A DNA stretch of 64,000 nt from an uncultured Chloroflexia bacterium (GTDB taxonomy: Bacteria; Chloroflexota; Limnocylindria; Limnocylindrales; CSP1-4), in assembly GCA_963720755.1 (NCBI GenBank), contig CAVRGP010000008.1, forward strand, positions 32,001-96,000, given 5' to 3'. A program made the translations under genes and the position numbers. The stretch's first letter is position 1; each line of letters starts with the position of its first letter. This document shows positions 1-10,207 of the stretch, in pieces. Under the pieces are notes generated by a model. It was not told where the DNA came from. It did no database searches and saw nothing but the letters and a program-made list of their open reading frames with translations.

Positions 1-1060
<1,060 letters not shown>

Positions 1061-1064
<4 letters not shown>

Positions 1065-1582
1065 GGGTGGGTCAGGGCTCCCTGCTGGACGGTGGGTTGG
1101 TCGACGTCGATGGGGCTTGGTCGGGGTGGGACGAGATCGGCGAGGGTCATCGAATGGAGAGCGCCGGCCACGGCGTCGCGAACGCGAACCCACAGGACAT
1201 TGACCGTGCAACTGGACGAACGATCGCACAAGGTGGCGTGCTCGGGATCGTCGCTGGCACACAGCATCGGGGCGATCGGGCCCTCGAGCGCGCGGAGGAC
1301 CTCGGCCATGGAGATGGTCTCTGCCGGGCGGGCGAGTTCGTAGCCGCCGCGGGCGCCGCGGGTGCTGGTGACCAGCCCCGCCTCGCGAAGGCTCACGACG
1401 AGCTGTTCGAGATAGGCCCGCGGGAGGTCTTCCTCGGCCGCGATCTCGGCGAGGCTTGCCGGACCGGAGCCGCGATGCCGGCCGAGCTGGACCATCAGCC
1501 GAACGCCGTACTCGCCCTTCGTCGAGAAGGCGATGGCGCCGCTGCCGTGATACGCAAGACGAGGAGTGGCCGTGGCAGTCAG
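1061..1582 (-). CDS. Rrf2-family (IscR/CymR-like) transcriptional regulator
   Basis: [28 protein letters not shown], three Cys; start probably CTG at 1582 (first ATG at 1495 lies inside the conserved domain). Confidence 0.9.
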
Positions 1583-1595
1583 GAGATGGTCCTCG

Positions 1596-1620
1596 ATATC
1601 CGAGTGAATTCGTCGGATAT
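1596..1620. promoter_or_regulatory. Rrf2/IscR type-1-like 25-bp palindromic operator
   Basis: ATATCCGA-GTGAATTCG-TCGGATAT, 8-bp perfect arms, immediately downstream of the -10. Confidence 0.75.
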
Positions 1621-1621
1621 G

Positions 1622-1650
1622 AGTCTACGGCGACCGCCGCGGAGCGTCAA
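1622..1650 (-). promoter_or_regulatory. sigma70-type promoter of rrf2-suf operon
   Basis: Minus strand TTGACG-N17-TAGACT. Confidence 0.75.
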
Positions 1651-1729
1651 TCGGAGCGGGGGGGTAGAGGACGGGAGGAGTCGACGCTGGCGAGATTCCC
1701 ACCACCGGCACAGCGGGCCCGCTCCGCCC

Positions 1730-2083
1730 CTATCGAGGTCCAGGTACCTCCTGACCGGTGCTTCCATCGATGACGGTCCGGCCCTCGAGCGGCTCGCCGA
1801 GGTATACGGGAACGTAGAGCCGGGTAGCGACAGATGTGCCGGGGCCGAGTTGCAGGGTGATGGCATTCACGGTGATCGTGACGGTCGAATCCGTCTCGGT
1901 GACGCTGGTCACGCGGGGCCACGAATAGGGTGCGCCATATCCCATCACGGCTACGGTCTCATCATCGAGGGCTTGATATGACTCGAGCCGGAGCGGCTGG
2001 TCCAGCAGCCGGATCGCGATCAGGGCCAGGATCACAACGACCCCGAGGACGAACCAGCGCCGACGGATCGTGGGGATCTTCAC
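1730..2083 (-). CDS. Hypothetical membrane-anchored protein
   Basis: Basic N-terminus plus hydrophobic helix, then beta-rich domain; natural amino-acid composition. Confidence 0.65.
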   Translation of the reverse strand: MKIPTIRRRWFVLGVVVILALIAIRLLDQPLRLESYQALDDETVAVMGYGAPYSWPRVTSVTETDSTVTITVNAITLQLGPGTSVATRLYVPVYLGEPLEGRTVIDGSTGQEVPGPR

Positions 2084-2397
2084 GCGGCCGTGTGGCCATC
2101 GAGAGCCATTCTGGGGACGGAAGTTGGCGACATTCTCACCCGTGGACCGCTACGCCACGTTTCTTTGCTTTGATCGAGTGCCGCCGAAGCCGAACCACCT
2201 CTCCCGGTGGCTCACCTACGCTCAGGAACGACCAGATCCTCTCGCACGGAGCCTCGATCGAGGTCCTCCCACCCCATCCACCCGACATCGCGGTCTCCCG
2301 GTGAACATCTTGCCGCCATCCTGAGCACAGGGCCCAGCGATGCGCGATCAAGTGGATCGAACCTACCGCGGGCGACTGCAGTACGATCGTTGGCGCG

Positions 2398-2676
2398 ATG
2401 CCTCTCCGTGACGTGTCCAACGCTGAGCAACAGTACCTTGCACGCGTCGTGGCCGATTGCGCTGAGTTGCTCGGCCCCGGGATCGAGCCCGACGACCTGG
2501 AACTGGAGGTCGCCGGCGAGGTCGCCCTCCGCCTGCGGTACCGGCTCGGGGCCGCGACCTGGACGAGCCTCGGCGTGGGCGAGACCTTGATCGCCGCGCA
2601 CGCCGCCCTCCGGGAGCAACTGGTGATCGACCGGATCCGCCTCGGTTTCACGCTACTCGTCGACGAGCCAGGATAG
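2398..2676 (+). CDS. Hypothetical protein (92 aa)
   Basis: Natural composition, GC-rich third positions, TACGAT -10-like hexamer upstream. Confidence 0.65.
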   Translation: MPLRDVSNAEQQYLARVVADCAELLGPGIEPDDLELEVAGEVALRLRYRLGAATWTSLGVGETLIAAHAALREQLVIDRIRLGFTLLVDEPG

Positions 2677-2720
2677 GGCGACCCGGCCCTCGCCCATCGG
2701 GTGCTTGTCGCCGGGTTTCG

Positions 2721-2954
2721 CTAGCGCCGCAGGATCCGATCGAGGAAGCTTCGCCGCGCGCGCTCCGTCGGTTGCGGTTCGTCCTGTCCGGCCGGGTCGT
2801 GGTAGTACAGGTCGTGCTCCAGCTCACGAATTTCGGCCGCGTCCAGGGCGGCCTGGGTGTCGCTCACTCGCCGGCCGGTTGCCGAGGCGACCTGGTCGGC
2901 CCCCAGCGCCTTTCGGATGGCCTCGCCTGCGATCGAGGGGTTCGGTCCATGCAT
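2721..2954 (-). CDS. Hypothetical small protein (77 aa)
   Basis: MHGPNPSIAGEAIRKALG...RRSFLDRILRR; plausible composition, convergent with 2398 gene. Confidence 0.55.
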   Translation of the reverse strand: MHGPNPSIAGEAIRKALGADQVASATGRRVSDTQAALDAAEIRELEHDLYYHDPAGQDEPQPTERARRSFLDRILRR

Positions 2955-3197
2955 CGTGCGACCTTGCTCCGTGACCGAATGGATGTCAATCGTTGTGAGC
3001 GGAACTCGGCCGGCGAACCAGGCCCGGAACGTCAAGGTGTCCGGACGCTTCCAGTTCGGTCTTGTGCAGGGCCCGAACGGAGCCACGAGGGCTGGCGCGG
3101 AGGCGTTGCTGGATCGCCAGCGTGAGATCCGTCTCGCCCTCGATGGCCCGGGCGCTACTGGGTCGACTGACGAGTGCCTTCGGCATGACCGACTCCT

Positions 3198-3977
3198 TCA
3201 GTCCAGCACGAACCAGGACACGACTGCCTTCGTGGCCAGGCTGGTGTTGAGGTAGATGGTGAACTTGCCCGAGGCCGGGACGACCGCCCGGACCCACCGA
3301 CCGGGTTCGCTCGTCGCCAGGACGGCGAAGACCTTGCTGGTCGTCGTCGTGCCGGGAAGCGTGACGGTCCTTGTGCTCGTGTGCTTGGCCATGGATTGGC
3401 GGCCGGACCGGCTCAACTTGACCTTGCCGATGACTCGCAACGCGGTCGAGTAGTCCGCGGCGGCCTGGGCTCGGACGCCCTCTGTGCCGGGCGCATCGAA
3501 GGCATTGCCGAGGACGCCGATCCCGCCGTCACCCCAGACGCCCCAGCCGCCGCTGCCGTAGACCCCGACGTCGTAGCTGTCGCCCCACACGCCGGCGCTG
3601 AAGACGTTCGGATCCGGGTAGGTCGGGGCGGACCCGAAGACGCCCGTGTACTGGGTGTAGGTCGGGTCGAACCAGGACGGATCCGGTGCCTCGACACTCC
3701 AGCCGACGACCCCGCCGCCGCCGAGGCTCGTGCCGAGTACGCCGTAACCCGCACCGGTGCCGGTGGCATTGCCGGCCAGGGCGGTGCTGTCCGTCCCGGA
3801 GTCGGTGATCGAGGTCGTGGCGGTGGTCGGGTTGTCGACGCCCATCACGACGTCGTTCGGGTCGGCGGCGGCAACGGTGAGTGGGAGGGCCGCCGAGGCC
3901 GCCAGGGCTGCGGCCGTTCCCGCAGCGGCTGCGAGGAGTGTCCGACGAGACCGAAGAGCGTTGGGATCCGACTCCAT
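3198..3977 (-). CDS. Tat-exported glycine-rich hypothetical protein
   Basis: SRRTLL twin-arginine signal, AAA cleavage site, repeated GVxG motifs, GGAGG RBS. Confidence 0.8.
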   Translation of the reverse strand: MESDPNALRSRRTLLAAAAGTAAALAASAALPLTVAAADPNDVVMGVDNPTTATTSITDSGTDSTALAGNATGTGAGYGVLGTSLGGGGVVGWSVEAPDPSWFDPTYTQYTGVFGSAPTYPDPNVFSAGVWGDSYDVGVYGSGGWGVWGDGGIGVLGNAFDAPGTEGVRAQAAADYSTALRVIGKVKLSRSGRQSMAKHTSTRTVTLPGTTTTSKVFAVLATSEPGRWVRAVVPASGKFTIYLNTSLATKAVVSWFVLD

Positions 3978-4070
3978 GATGAGCCTCCGATGATCGCCCG
4001 GTCCGGCCTGGACGGCCGTGTCAGATCATCGTACGCCGCGGATCTGGGCCCGACACATCGATCTTCGTCG

Positions 4071-4946
4071 CTAGGTGGCGGCGGGCAGCGCGCCTTGCTC
4101 CGTCAGGAAGCCTTCGACGATCGAACGGACCTCGTTCGCACGCTCGATCCACGGATAGTGGCCGGCTCGATCGACGATCCGGACCTGGGCTCCGGGGATC
4201 AGGGCAGCCGTCTGCTCCGTCGCGTGCAGCGGCAGGGGATCGCCCTCCCCATGGATGAGCAGGGCCGGTACCCGAAGGTGCGGCAGGCCGCGCTCCAGCG
4301 TGCCGGTCTCGAAGTGGCGCTGGATCGATGCCAGCGTGTCCGGCCCACCATCGTCGAGCGGGTGCTCGAGACGCATCGACACGGGCGGGAGCACGTTGCC
4401 GTGCTTGTACGAGTACGACGGCCAGAGGGCCATCTGGATCTTGGTCATCAGCGCCCCGTCGTCGTCGCCCGCGGCCTGCCGGGCCATGAGCTCGTCCAGG
4501 TTCGCGCGTTCCTCTGGCGTCAGGCGGGCCACCAGGTTCTCCACGAGTTCGGTGCTTCCGCCATCCGGGACGGCACCGAGCGTCTCCATGAGGATCATGC
4601 CGGCGACCCGCTCGGGGTGGGCGACAGCGAGATGCATCGCGAGGTGGGCGCCCCAGGCGTGCCCGATGAGCCAGGCCCGTGCCCATTCGAGATGGTCGAG
4701 CACGGCGATCGTATCGGCGACATGCGTCTCGACGTCGCGCGGTCCTTCGAGCGTGCTCGGTGCCAGGCCGCGCTGTTGGGGCAGGACGCCATCGACCAGG
4801 CCATCGAGGACCTCAACGACTCCGACCATGTACTCGGCACCGATCCCGGGACCGCCGTGCAGGTACAGGGCGGGCGGTCCCGATCCCCGTCGTGTGGCGA
4901 AGATCTCGCCGCCGGGGACGGCGACGGTCAATGTCTCGAACCCCAT
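4071..4946 (-). CDS. Alpha/beta-fold hydrolase (nucleophile position is Ala)
   Basis: LHGGPG, QQRG, GHAWG, IHGEGD, AGHYPW; GGAGG RBS. Confidence 0.85.
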   Translation of the reverse strand: MGFETLTVAVPGGEIFATRRGSGPPALYLHGGPGIGAEYMVGVVEVLDGLVDGVLPQQRGLAPSTLEGPRDVETHVADTIAVLDHLEWARAWLIGHAWGAHLAMHLAVAHPERVAGMILMETLGAVPDGGSTELVENLVARLTPEERANLDELMARQAAGDDDGALMTKIQMALWPSYSYKHGNVLPPVSMRLEHPLDDGGPDTLASIQRHFETGTLERGLPHLRVPALLIHGEGDPLPLHATEQTAALIPGAQVRIVDRAGHYPWIERANEVRSIVEGFLTEQGALPAAT

Positions 4947-5021
4947 GGATCCCTCCGAGCGATGCTGACGTCCTCGGCACGATAGCCGACGGCCACGGAC
5001 TCGACACTGGCCGCCCGGTCC

Positions 5022-5075
5022 AGAAACGAAAGCGACCGAGGCACCCAGCCGACGGATCGGCTGAGCGCCCCGGTC
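5022..5075 (-). terminator. Intrinsic terminator
   Basis: 19-bp stem fully paired on the minus strand (with G-U pairs), UCCG loop, tail GCUUUCGUUUCU. Confidence 0.7.
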
Positions 5076-5289
5076 ACACGTCGCTCGGGGTCGCGACGCA
5101 TCATTGGGGGAGTCGAAGTCGACGGTTCCCCGCAACGGATCTCATCCTGCCGTGGGGTCCTGGGTTTGACCAGTACCTTTGGCTGGGCCGGGTACTGCAG
5201 TGGACCGCACTGGACCGGACCGGACCACGCCCAAGTCCACCGACGCCGTCGCCGAAAGCGGTGCGTCGAGGCACACGCTGGAGCGTCCC

Positions 5290-5724
5290 CTAGGGGAGCC
5301 GCTCGATCCCGCCCAGGTGGTCCTCGTCGTGGTCGACCGCGAGTCGGATCAGGCCCTCGACGTCGAGCACGCCGTACGTGGCGTGGACGCCGGAGCGGGC
5401 CCAACCCGCGTCGTCGAGCGCCGCGAGGATCGCCACGGTCGCCGCCCTGGCCACAGCGAACGCCGCCAGGATGTCGTCGAGCGGCGCGCCGTCGAACCCG
5501 GGCACCAGCCCCGGTTCGGTCCACGGCCAATGCGGATCGTCGTCGACCGCGACCCGGGCGAGACGTGCCTGCCAGACCTCGACCTCCACGGCGATGAGGT
5601 GCCTGGAGATCTCCGCGGGCCCCCATTCGCCGATCGGGACCGGCCGGCCGGCGCCGGAATGGGCCGCGGACGCGAGCCGCTGAGGAAAGTCGGCAAACGC
5701 GGTGACGAGGTCGTCCCGATTCAC
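5290..5724 (-). CDS. DinB-family protein
   Basis: GEWGPAEISRHL...G.H..YG...DHDEDHL DinB His pattern; overlaps metF stop. Confidence 0.8.
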   Translation of the reverse strand: MNRDDLVTAFADFPQRLASAAHSGAGRPVPIGEWGPAEISRHLIAVEVEVWQARLARVAVDDDPHWPWTEPGLVPGFDGAPLDDILAAFAVARAATVAILAALDDAGWARSGVHATYGVLDVEGLIRLAVDHDEDHLGGIERLP

Positions 5725-6590
5725 AGATGCTTTTCGAGCATCGACTGGCGCCAGGCCTCGGTGGCCTCGACCGCGTTGAACGTGTATAGATGCAGACCGG
5801 TCACGCGTGCCGCCGGGTCGGACAGCAATGGGCCGAGATCCTCGACGAACCCGGTCGGCTTGTAGAAGCCTCCGGACCGGGCCATGCCGGTCACGAACCG
5901 GACGTTCTTGACCAGGAATCGCTTTGCATCGGTGACCCCGATCCGGGCGGCGATCGACAACAGCTTCTGGGGATCGGCGACCCCCGGGACCCCGATCACG
6001 ACATCGGGCGCGAAGCCCTCGGCTCGGCGGTCACGCACCCAGGACGCGATCGCCTTCGTGTCGAAATCCATCTGGGTCGTGACGTGGGCGATATACGGCG
6101 ACTTGTCCCGGAGCGCCGCCGCCAGGGCGTCGTCCGGGATATCGGGATGCCCCTTCGGGTAGCCCGGACAGCCGATCGACTCGAACGGGTGTCCGAGGTC
6201 GGTCATCGCCTGGAGCAGGGACAGCCCATCGAGGTACTCGCCCGGCTCGTCGGCGTCGCCACCGACGACGAAAGCGTGGCGCAGGCCGGCGTCACGGGCT
6301 CGATCGAGCAGTCCGGCGAGCGTCGCCCGATCGGCGATCATCCGGGCCGACAGGTGCGGGATGGCCCGGAAGCCGTCGGTCTGGAGGCGAACCGCCCAGT
6401 CGAGCGTGGCGTCGATCCCCTTGGCGGGCGACGCGGTCACCGACACGCGGGCCCCGGGCGGCAGATGCGGGATCTGGTCGGGTAGGCTCTTGAGTGGGAG
6501 CAGCTCGAAGATCGGATCCGCGAGGACCCCTCGCAACGCAGCCCGGGCGTCATCGTCGAGTCCGCGCCGACGCGACAGCAGTGGGGCCAT
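5721..6590 (-). CDS. metF: Methylenetetrahydrofolate reductase-like protein
   Basis: SVTASP, PHLSAR, FVVGGD, GYPKGHP, TTQMDFD, GLHLYTFN. Confidence 0.8.
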   Translation of the reverse strand: MAPLLSRRRGLDDDARAALRGVLADPIFELLPLKSLPDQIPHLPPGARVSVTASPAKGIDATLDWAVRLQTDGFRAIPHLSARMIADRATLAGLLDRARDAGLRHAFVVGGDADEPGEYLDGLSLLQAMTDLGHPFESIGCPGYPKGHPDIPDDALAAALRDKSPYIAHVTTQMDFDTKAIASWVRDRRAEGFAPDVVIGVPGVADPQKLLSIAARIGVTDAKRFLVKNVRFVTGMARSGGFYKPTGFVEDLGPLLSDPAARVTGLHLYTFNAVEATEAWRQSMLEKHL

Positions 6591-8129
6591 CAGACCTCCG
6601 AATCCGGCATCGACGCCTTGCGCCGGGCGATGAAGTCGAGGAGCGCCTCATCGATGGCGGGGTCGATCGGGGGCGCCTCGTACTCAGCGAGCATCTGCTT
6701 CCAGATCGCGTTGGCCCGCTGTGCCGCGTCGAGCGATCCGTCCTCCTGCCACTGCTCGAAGCTGTTGTTGTCGGTCACGTCCGAGCGGTAGAAGGCGGTC
6801 TCGAAGTTGGCCAGTGTGTGGGCACTCCCGAGGTAGTGCGTGCCCGGCTCGTTCGCCCGGATCGCGTCGAGCGCCTGCCCGTTCTCGGACATGTCGACGC
6901 CGTCGACGAAGACGGCCATCATCCCGCACTGGTCGGCATCGAGGATGAACTTCTCGTAGCCGACGGTCAGCCCACCCTCCAGCCAGCCCGCCGCGTGGAG
7001 CACGAAGTTGACCCCGCCGAGGACGGTCGGTTGGAGCGTGGCCGCCGACTCGTAGGCGGCTTGCGCGTCTGCGACTTTCGATCCGCACAGCGAGCCGCCA
7101 GATCGGAACGGGACGCCGAGCCGCCGAGCCAGCGATGCCATCACGTAGAGCACGAGTGCCGGCTCCGGGGTGCCGAACGTCGGCGCCCCCGACTGCATCG
7201 ACATCGAACTGGCGAAGCTTCCCAGGACGACCGGAGCGCCTGGTCGGGTCAGCTGGACGAAGGTCATCCCGGCCAGGGCCTCGGCGAGGGTCTGGGCACA
7301 CACCCCGGCCGCGGTGACCGGGGCCATCGCGCCGGCCAGGATGAACGGCGTGAGCAGGGTCGCCTGGTTGGCTTCGGCGTAGGCGCGGGCCGCGCCGACC
7401 ATCACCGAGTCCCAGACGAGTGGCGAGTTCGCATTGATCAGCGACAGGATCGACCGGATGGTCTTCGAGGTAGTCGGAGCCGAAGGTGAGGCGCGCCAGG
7501 TCGACTGTGTCCCGCGCTCGCTCCGGCGCGGTGACCGAGCCCATGAACGGCTTGTCGCTGTAGCGGATATGGCTGTAGACCATGTCGAGGTGACGCTTGT
7601 TGACCGGCACGTCCACCGGCTCGCAGACGGTCCCGCCCGAATGGTGGAGATAGGGCGAGGCGTAGGCAAGCTTCACGAAATTCCGGAAGTCCTCGATCGT
7701 GCCGTAGCGCCGACCGCCGTCGAGGTCGCGGACGAACGGCGAGCCGTAGTTCGGGGCGAAGACCGTGTGCATCCCGCCGATCTCAACGTTCCGGAGGGGG
7801 TTTCGGGCGTACTGGGTGAACTGTCGAGGCGCCGTCGCCTGGACGATCTGCCGGCACATCCCGCGTGGGAAGCGAACACGCGTCCCGTCCACGTCGGCTC
7901 CGGCGTCGTGGAGGAGGCGGAGCGCCTCGGCGTCACCGCGGAACTCGACCCCGACCTCCTCGAGGATCGTGTCGGCGTTCTCCTCGATCAGCGCCAGACC
8001 TTCTTCGCCGAGAACCTCGAACGGGGCGAGCTTGCGAGTCAGGAACGGGACGTGCTCCGCATGGGCGGCCAGGCGGAGGGCCTGGCGCGCCGCCCGGCCG
8101 CCGGATCGTCGTCTGGCTGGGCCGTCCAT
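6590..8129 (-). pseudogene. MttB-family (trimethylamine/quaternary amine) methyltransferase, +1 frameshift near 7451
   Basis: N-half (ILEEVGVEF, VCEPVDVP, SDKPFMGSVT) and C-half (LINANSPL, GAMAPVT, GAPTFGTPE, HAAGWLEGG) in different frames; one extra base in CCG GTC G ATC CTG; may be an assembly error. Confidence 0.85.
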
Positions 8130-10195
8130 CAGTCGCTCTCCCTCGATCCGGTCGTCACAACGCGCCGTCGACGCCGCTCTCCGCGCGCGCCCGACCCATC
8201 CGCGCCGGCCGACCCGGCCCGACCGGCGGCACGCTCGGGGAGGACGACGACCGTTGCCAGGTTCGGGAAGGCGGCTGTCTTGTGCGGGAACGCCATCGCC
8301 TCCACGAAGTGCTCCTGGAAGCGCGGCTCCACGGCCGTCTCGATCTTCTCGACCTGCCGAACGACCTCTTCGATCTCGCGCCGCGCCGCACGGGACAACA
8401 GGGCGATGAGCGCTCCCGTCCCGGCCGCGTTGCCCGCGGACCGGACATGCTCGAGGTCGCAGTCGGGGATCAGGCCGAGGATCATCGCGTGGATCGGGTC
8501 GATCTGGCTGCCGAACGCCCCGGCCAGGCGGATCTCGTCGAGCTCATCGATGCCGAGCTGATCCATCAGCAGGCGGACGCCGGCATACAGGGCGGCCTTG
8601 GCCAGCTGGATGGCCCGGACGTCATTCTGGGTGATCGCGATCCGGGGGCTGGATCCTGCGTCGTCGCCCGCATGGAGGATGTAGCTGAAGGTCCGCCCGT
8701 CGGGTACGACCCTGCCGGTTCGGGCCGCCAGCCCGCCATCGATGACGCCGTCCTCGGTGACGATCCCGGCCAGGAACATCTCGGCGACGACCTCGATGAT
8801 CCCCGATCCGCAGATCCCGCTGATCCCGGTCTCGGCGATGCCATCGGCGAAGCCCGGCTCGTCGGACCAGGCGTCGACGCCGATGACCCGGAACCGCGGC
8901 TCCAGCGTCGCCGGGTCGATCCGGACGCGCTCGATGGCACCCGGGGCCGCTCGCTGCCCGCCGCTGATCTGGGCCCCCTCGAAGGCCGGCCCGGTCGGGC
9001 TGGACGCGGCAAGCAGGCGCCGCTTGTCCCCCAGCACGATCTCGGCGTTCGTGCCGACGTCGACGACGAGCGTCATCCGATCGGCTCGATGGGGCTCCTC
9101 GGCCAGGATCACTCCGGCGGTATCGGCGCCGACGTGGCCGGCGATGCAGGGGAGGACGTAGACACGCGCGCCCGGATTGGCCCGCAGGCCGAGTTCCGCG
9201 GCGGTCGTCCGGACCGCTCGGTCGGTGGCCAGCGCGAACGGCGCGCCGCCGAGTGGCGTCGGGTCGATACCCAGGAGGAGGTGATGCATGATCGGATTGC
9301 CAACGATCGCCAGCTCGAGGATCTCGACCCGCTTGATCCCGGCCCGCATCGCCAACGAGGCGATCAGCCCATCGAGGGCCTTGCGAACCGCGGTCGTCAT
9401 CTCGCCGGCACCCTCGGGATGCATCATCGCGTACGAGACCCGGCTCATCAGATCCTCACCGAACCGGATCTGCGGGTTCATCACGCCATTGCTCGCGAGG
9501 ACGGCCCCATCGGCGAGATCGGTGAGGTGGCCGGCGATCGTGGTCGAGCCGACGTCGATGGCTACCCCGTAGGCCTTCTCATGGAGTCCCGGCCAGACCG
9601 CGATGACGTTCCGGCCCTCGTGGACGGCGACCGTGACCCTGTACGATCCGGCGTTGAGCGCGGGCTGGAGCGCCCGGATGACGCCGAGGTCCGCCTCGAG
9701 GCCGGTCAGCTGCCACTCTCGCTCAAGGGCCTCGAACAGCCTGGCCAGATCGCCGGATGGCGATGCGAGTTCCGGCGGCGTCACCTCGACGTAGTGCAGG
9801 CGGACGACCGGATCGACCGTGAACGTGCGCACGTCCAGGCCCTTGCGCACGACCTGGCGGTGGACCTGGCTCTCGGGTGGGACGTCGATGAGGACATCGC
9901 CGCAAACCGTCGCGGTACAGGACAACCGTCGGTCCCTGGCGAGGCCCTTGTCCGCCCGGTAGGCCGACTCCAGGTCCGTGAACGCCGACAGGTGGCCCAC
10001 CTCGGAAACGATGCCGTGCTTCGGGAACTCGCCGAGCCCCTGGCTGACCTGGCACCGGCCGCAGATACCGCGGCCGCCGCACACGGAATCGATATCGACG
10101 CCGAGCGAGCGGGCCGCGTCCAGGACCGTGGTGCCCACGTCGAACCGGCCACGCCGGCCGGACGGGGTGAAGATGACGAGCGCTTCGTCGGGCAC
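8129..10195 (-). CDS. ASKHA-domain ATP-dependent reductive activator of corrinoid proteins (RACE/RamA-like) with N-terminal 2Fe-2S domain
   Basis: CGGRGICGRC, RLSC, DVGSTT, DVGTNAE, GPAFEG, GICGSG, LAGAFG, GNAAG. Confidence 0.9.
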   Translation of the reverse strand: MPDEALVIFTPSGRRGRFDVGTTVLDAARSLGVDIDSVCGGRGICGRCQVSQGLGEFPKHGIVSEVGHLSAFTDLESAYRADKGLARDRRLSCTATVCGDVLIDVPPESQVHRQVVRKGLDVRTFTVDPVVRLHYVEVTPPELASPSGDLARLFEALEREWQLTGLEADLGVIRALQPALNAGSYRVTVAVHEGRNVIAVWPGLHEKAYGVAIDVGSTTIAGHLTDLADGAVLASNGVMNPQIRFGEDLMSRVSYAMMHPEGAGEMTTAVRKALDGLIASLAMRAGIKRVEILELAIVGNPIMHHLLLGIDPTPLGGAPFALATDRAVRTTAAELGLRANPGARVYVLPCIAGHVGADTAGVILAEEPHRADRMTLVVDVGTNAEIVLGDKRRLLAASSPTGPAFEGAQISGGQRAAPGAIERVRIDPATLEPRFRVIGVDAWSDEPGFADGIAETGISGICGSGIIEVVAEMFLAGIVTEDGVIDGGLAARTGRVVPDGRTFSYILHAGDDAGSSPRIAITQNDVRAIQLAKAALYAGVRLLMDQLGIDELDEIRLAGAFGSQIDPIHAMILGLIPDCDLEHVRSAGNAAGTGALIALLSRAARREIEEVVRQVEKIETAVEPRFQEHFVEAMAFPHKTAAFPNLATVVVLPERAAGRAGSAGADGSGARGERRRRRVVTTGSRESD

Positions 10196-10207
10196 CGATG
10201 TGGCCCG

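Noticed and set aside
2084-2397. 313-nt gap with a short ORF and C-rich tract
   Set aside because: No convincing RNA structure or coding signal
2986-3186. 66-aa ORF with AAGGAG RBS after the Tat protein
   Set aside because: No recognisable motif and weak codon bias; cannot be supported, though not excluded
5202-5226. GGACC repeats as CRISPR or iterons
   Set aside because: Too short and irregular, no spacers, no cas or rep genes
6590-8129. Pyrrolysine recoding or programmed frameshift in MttB
   Set aside because: No in-frame TAG, no pyl genes in the window, no slippery sequence
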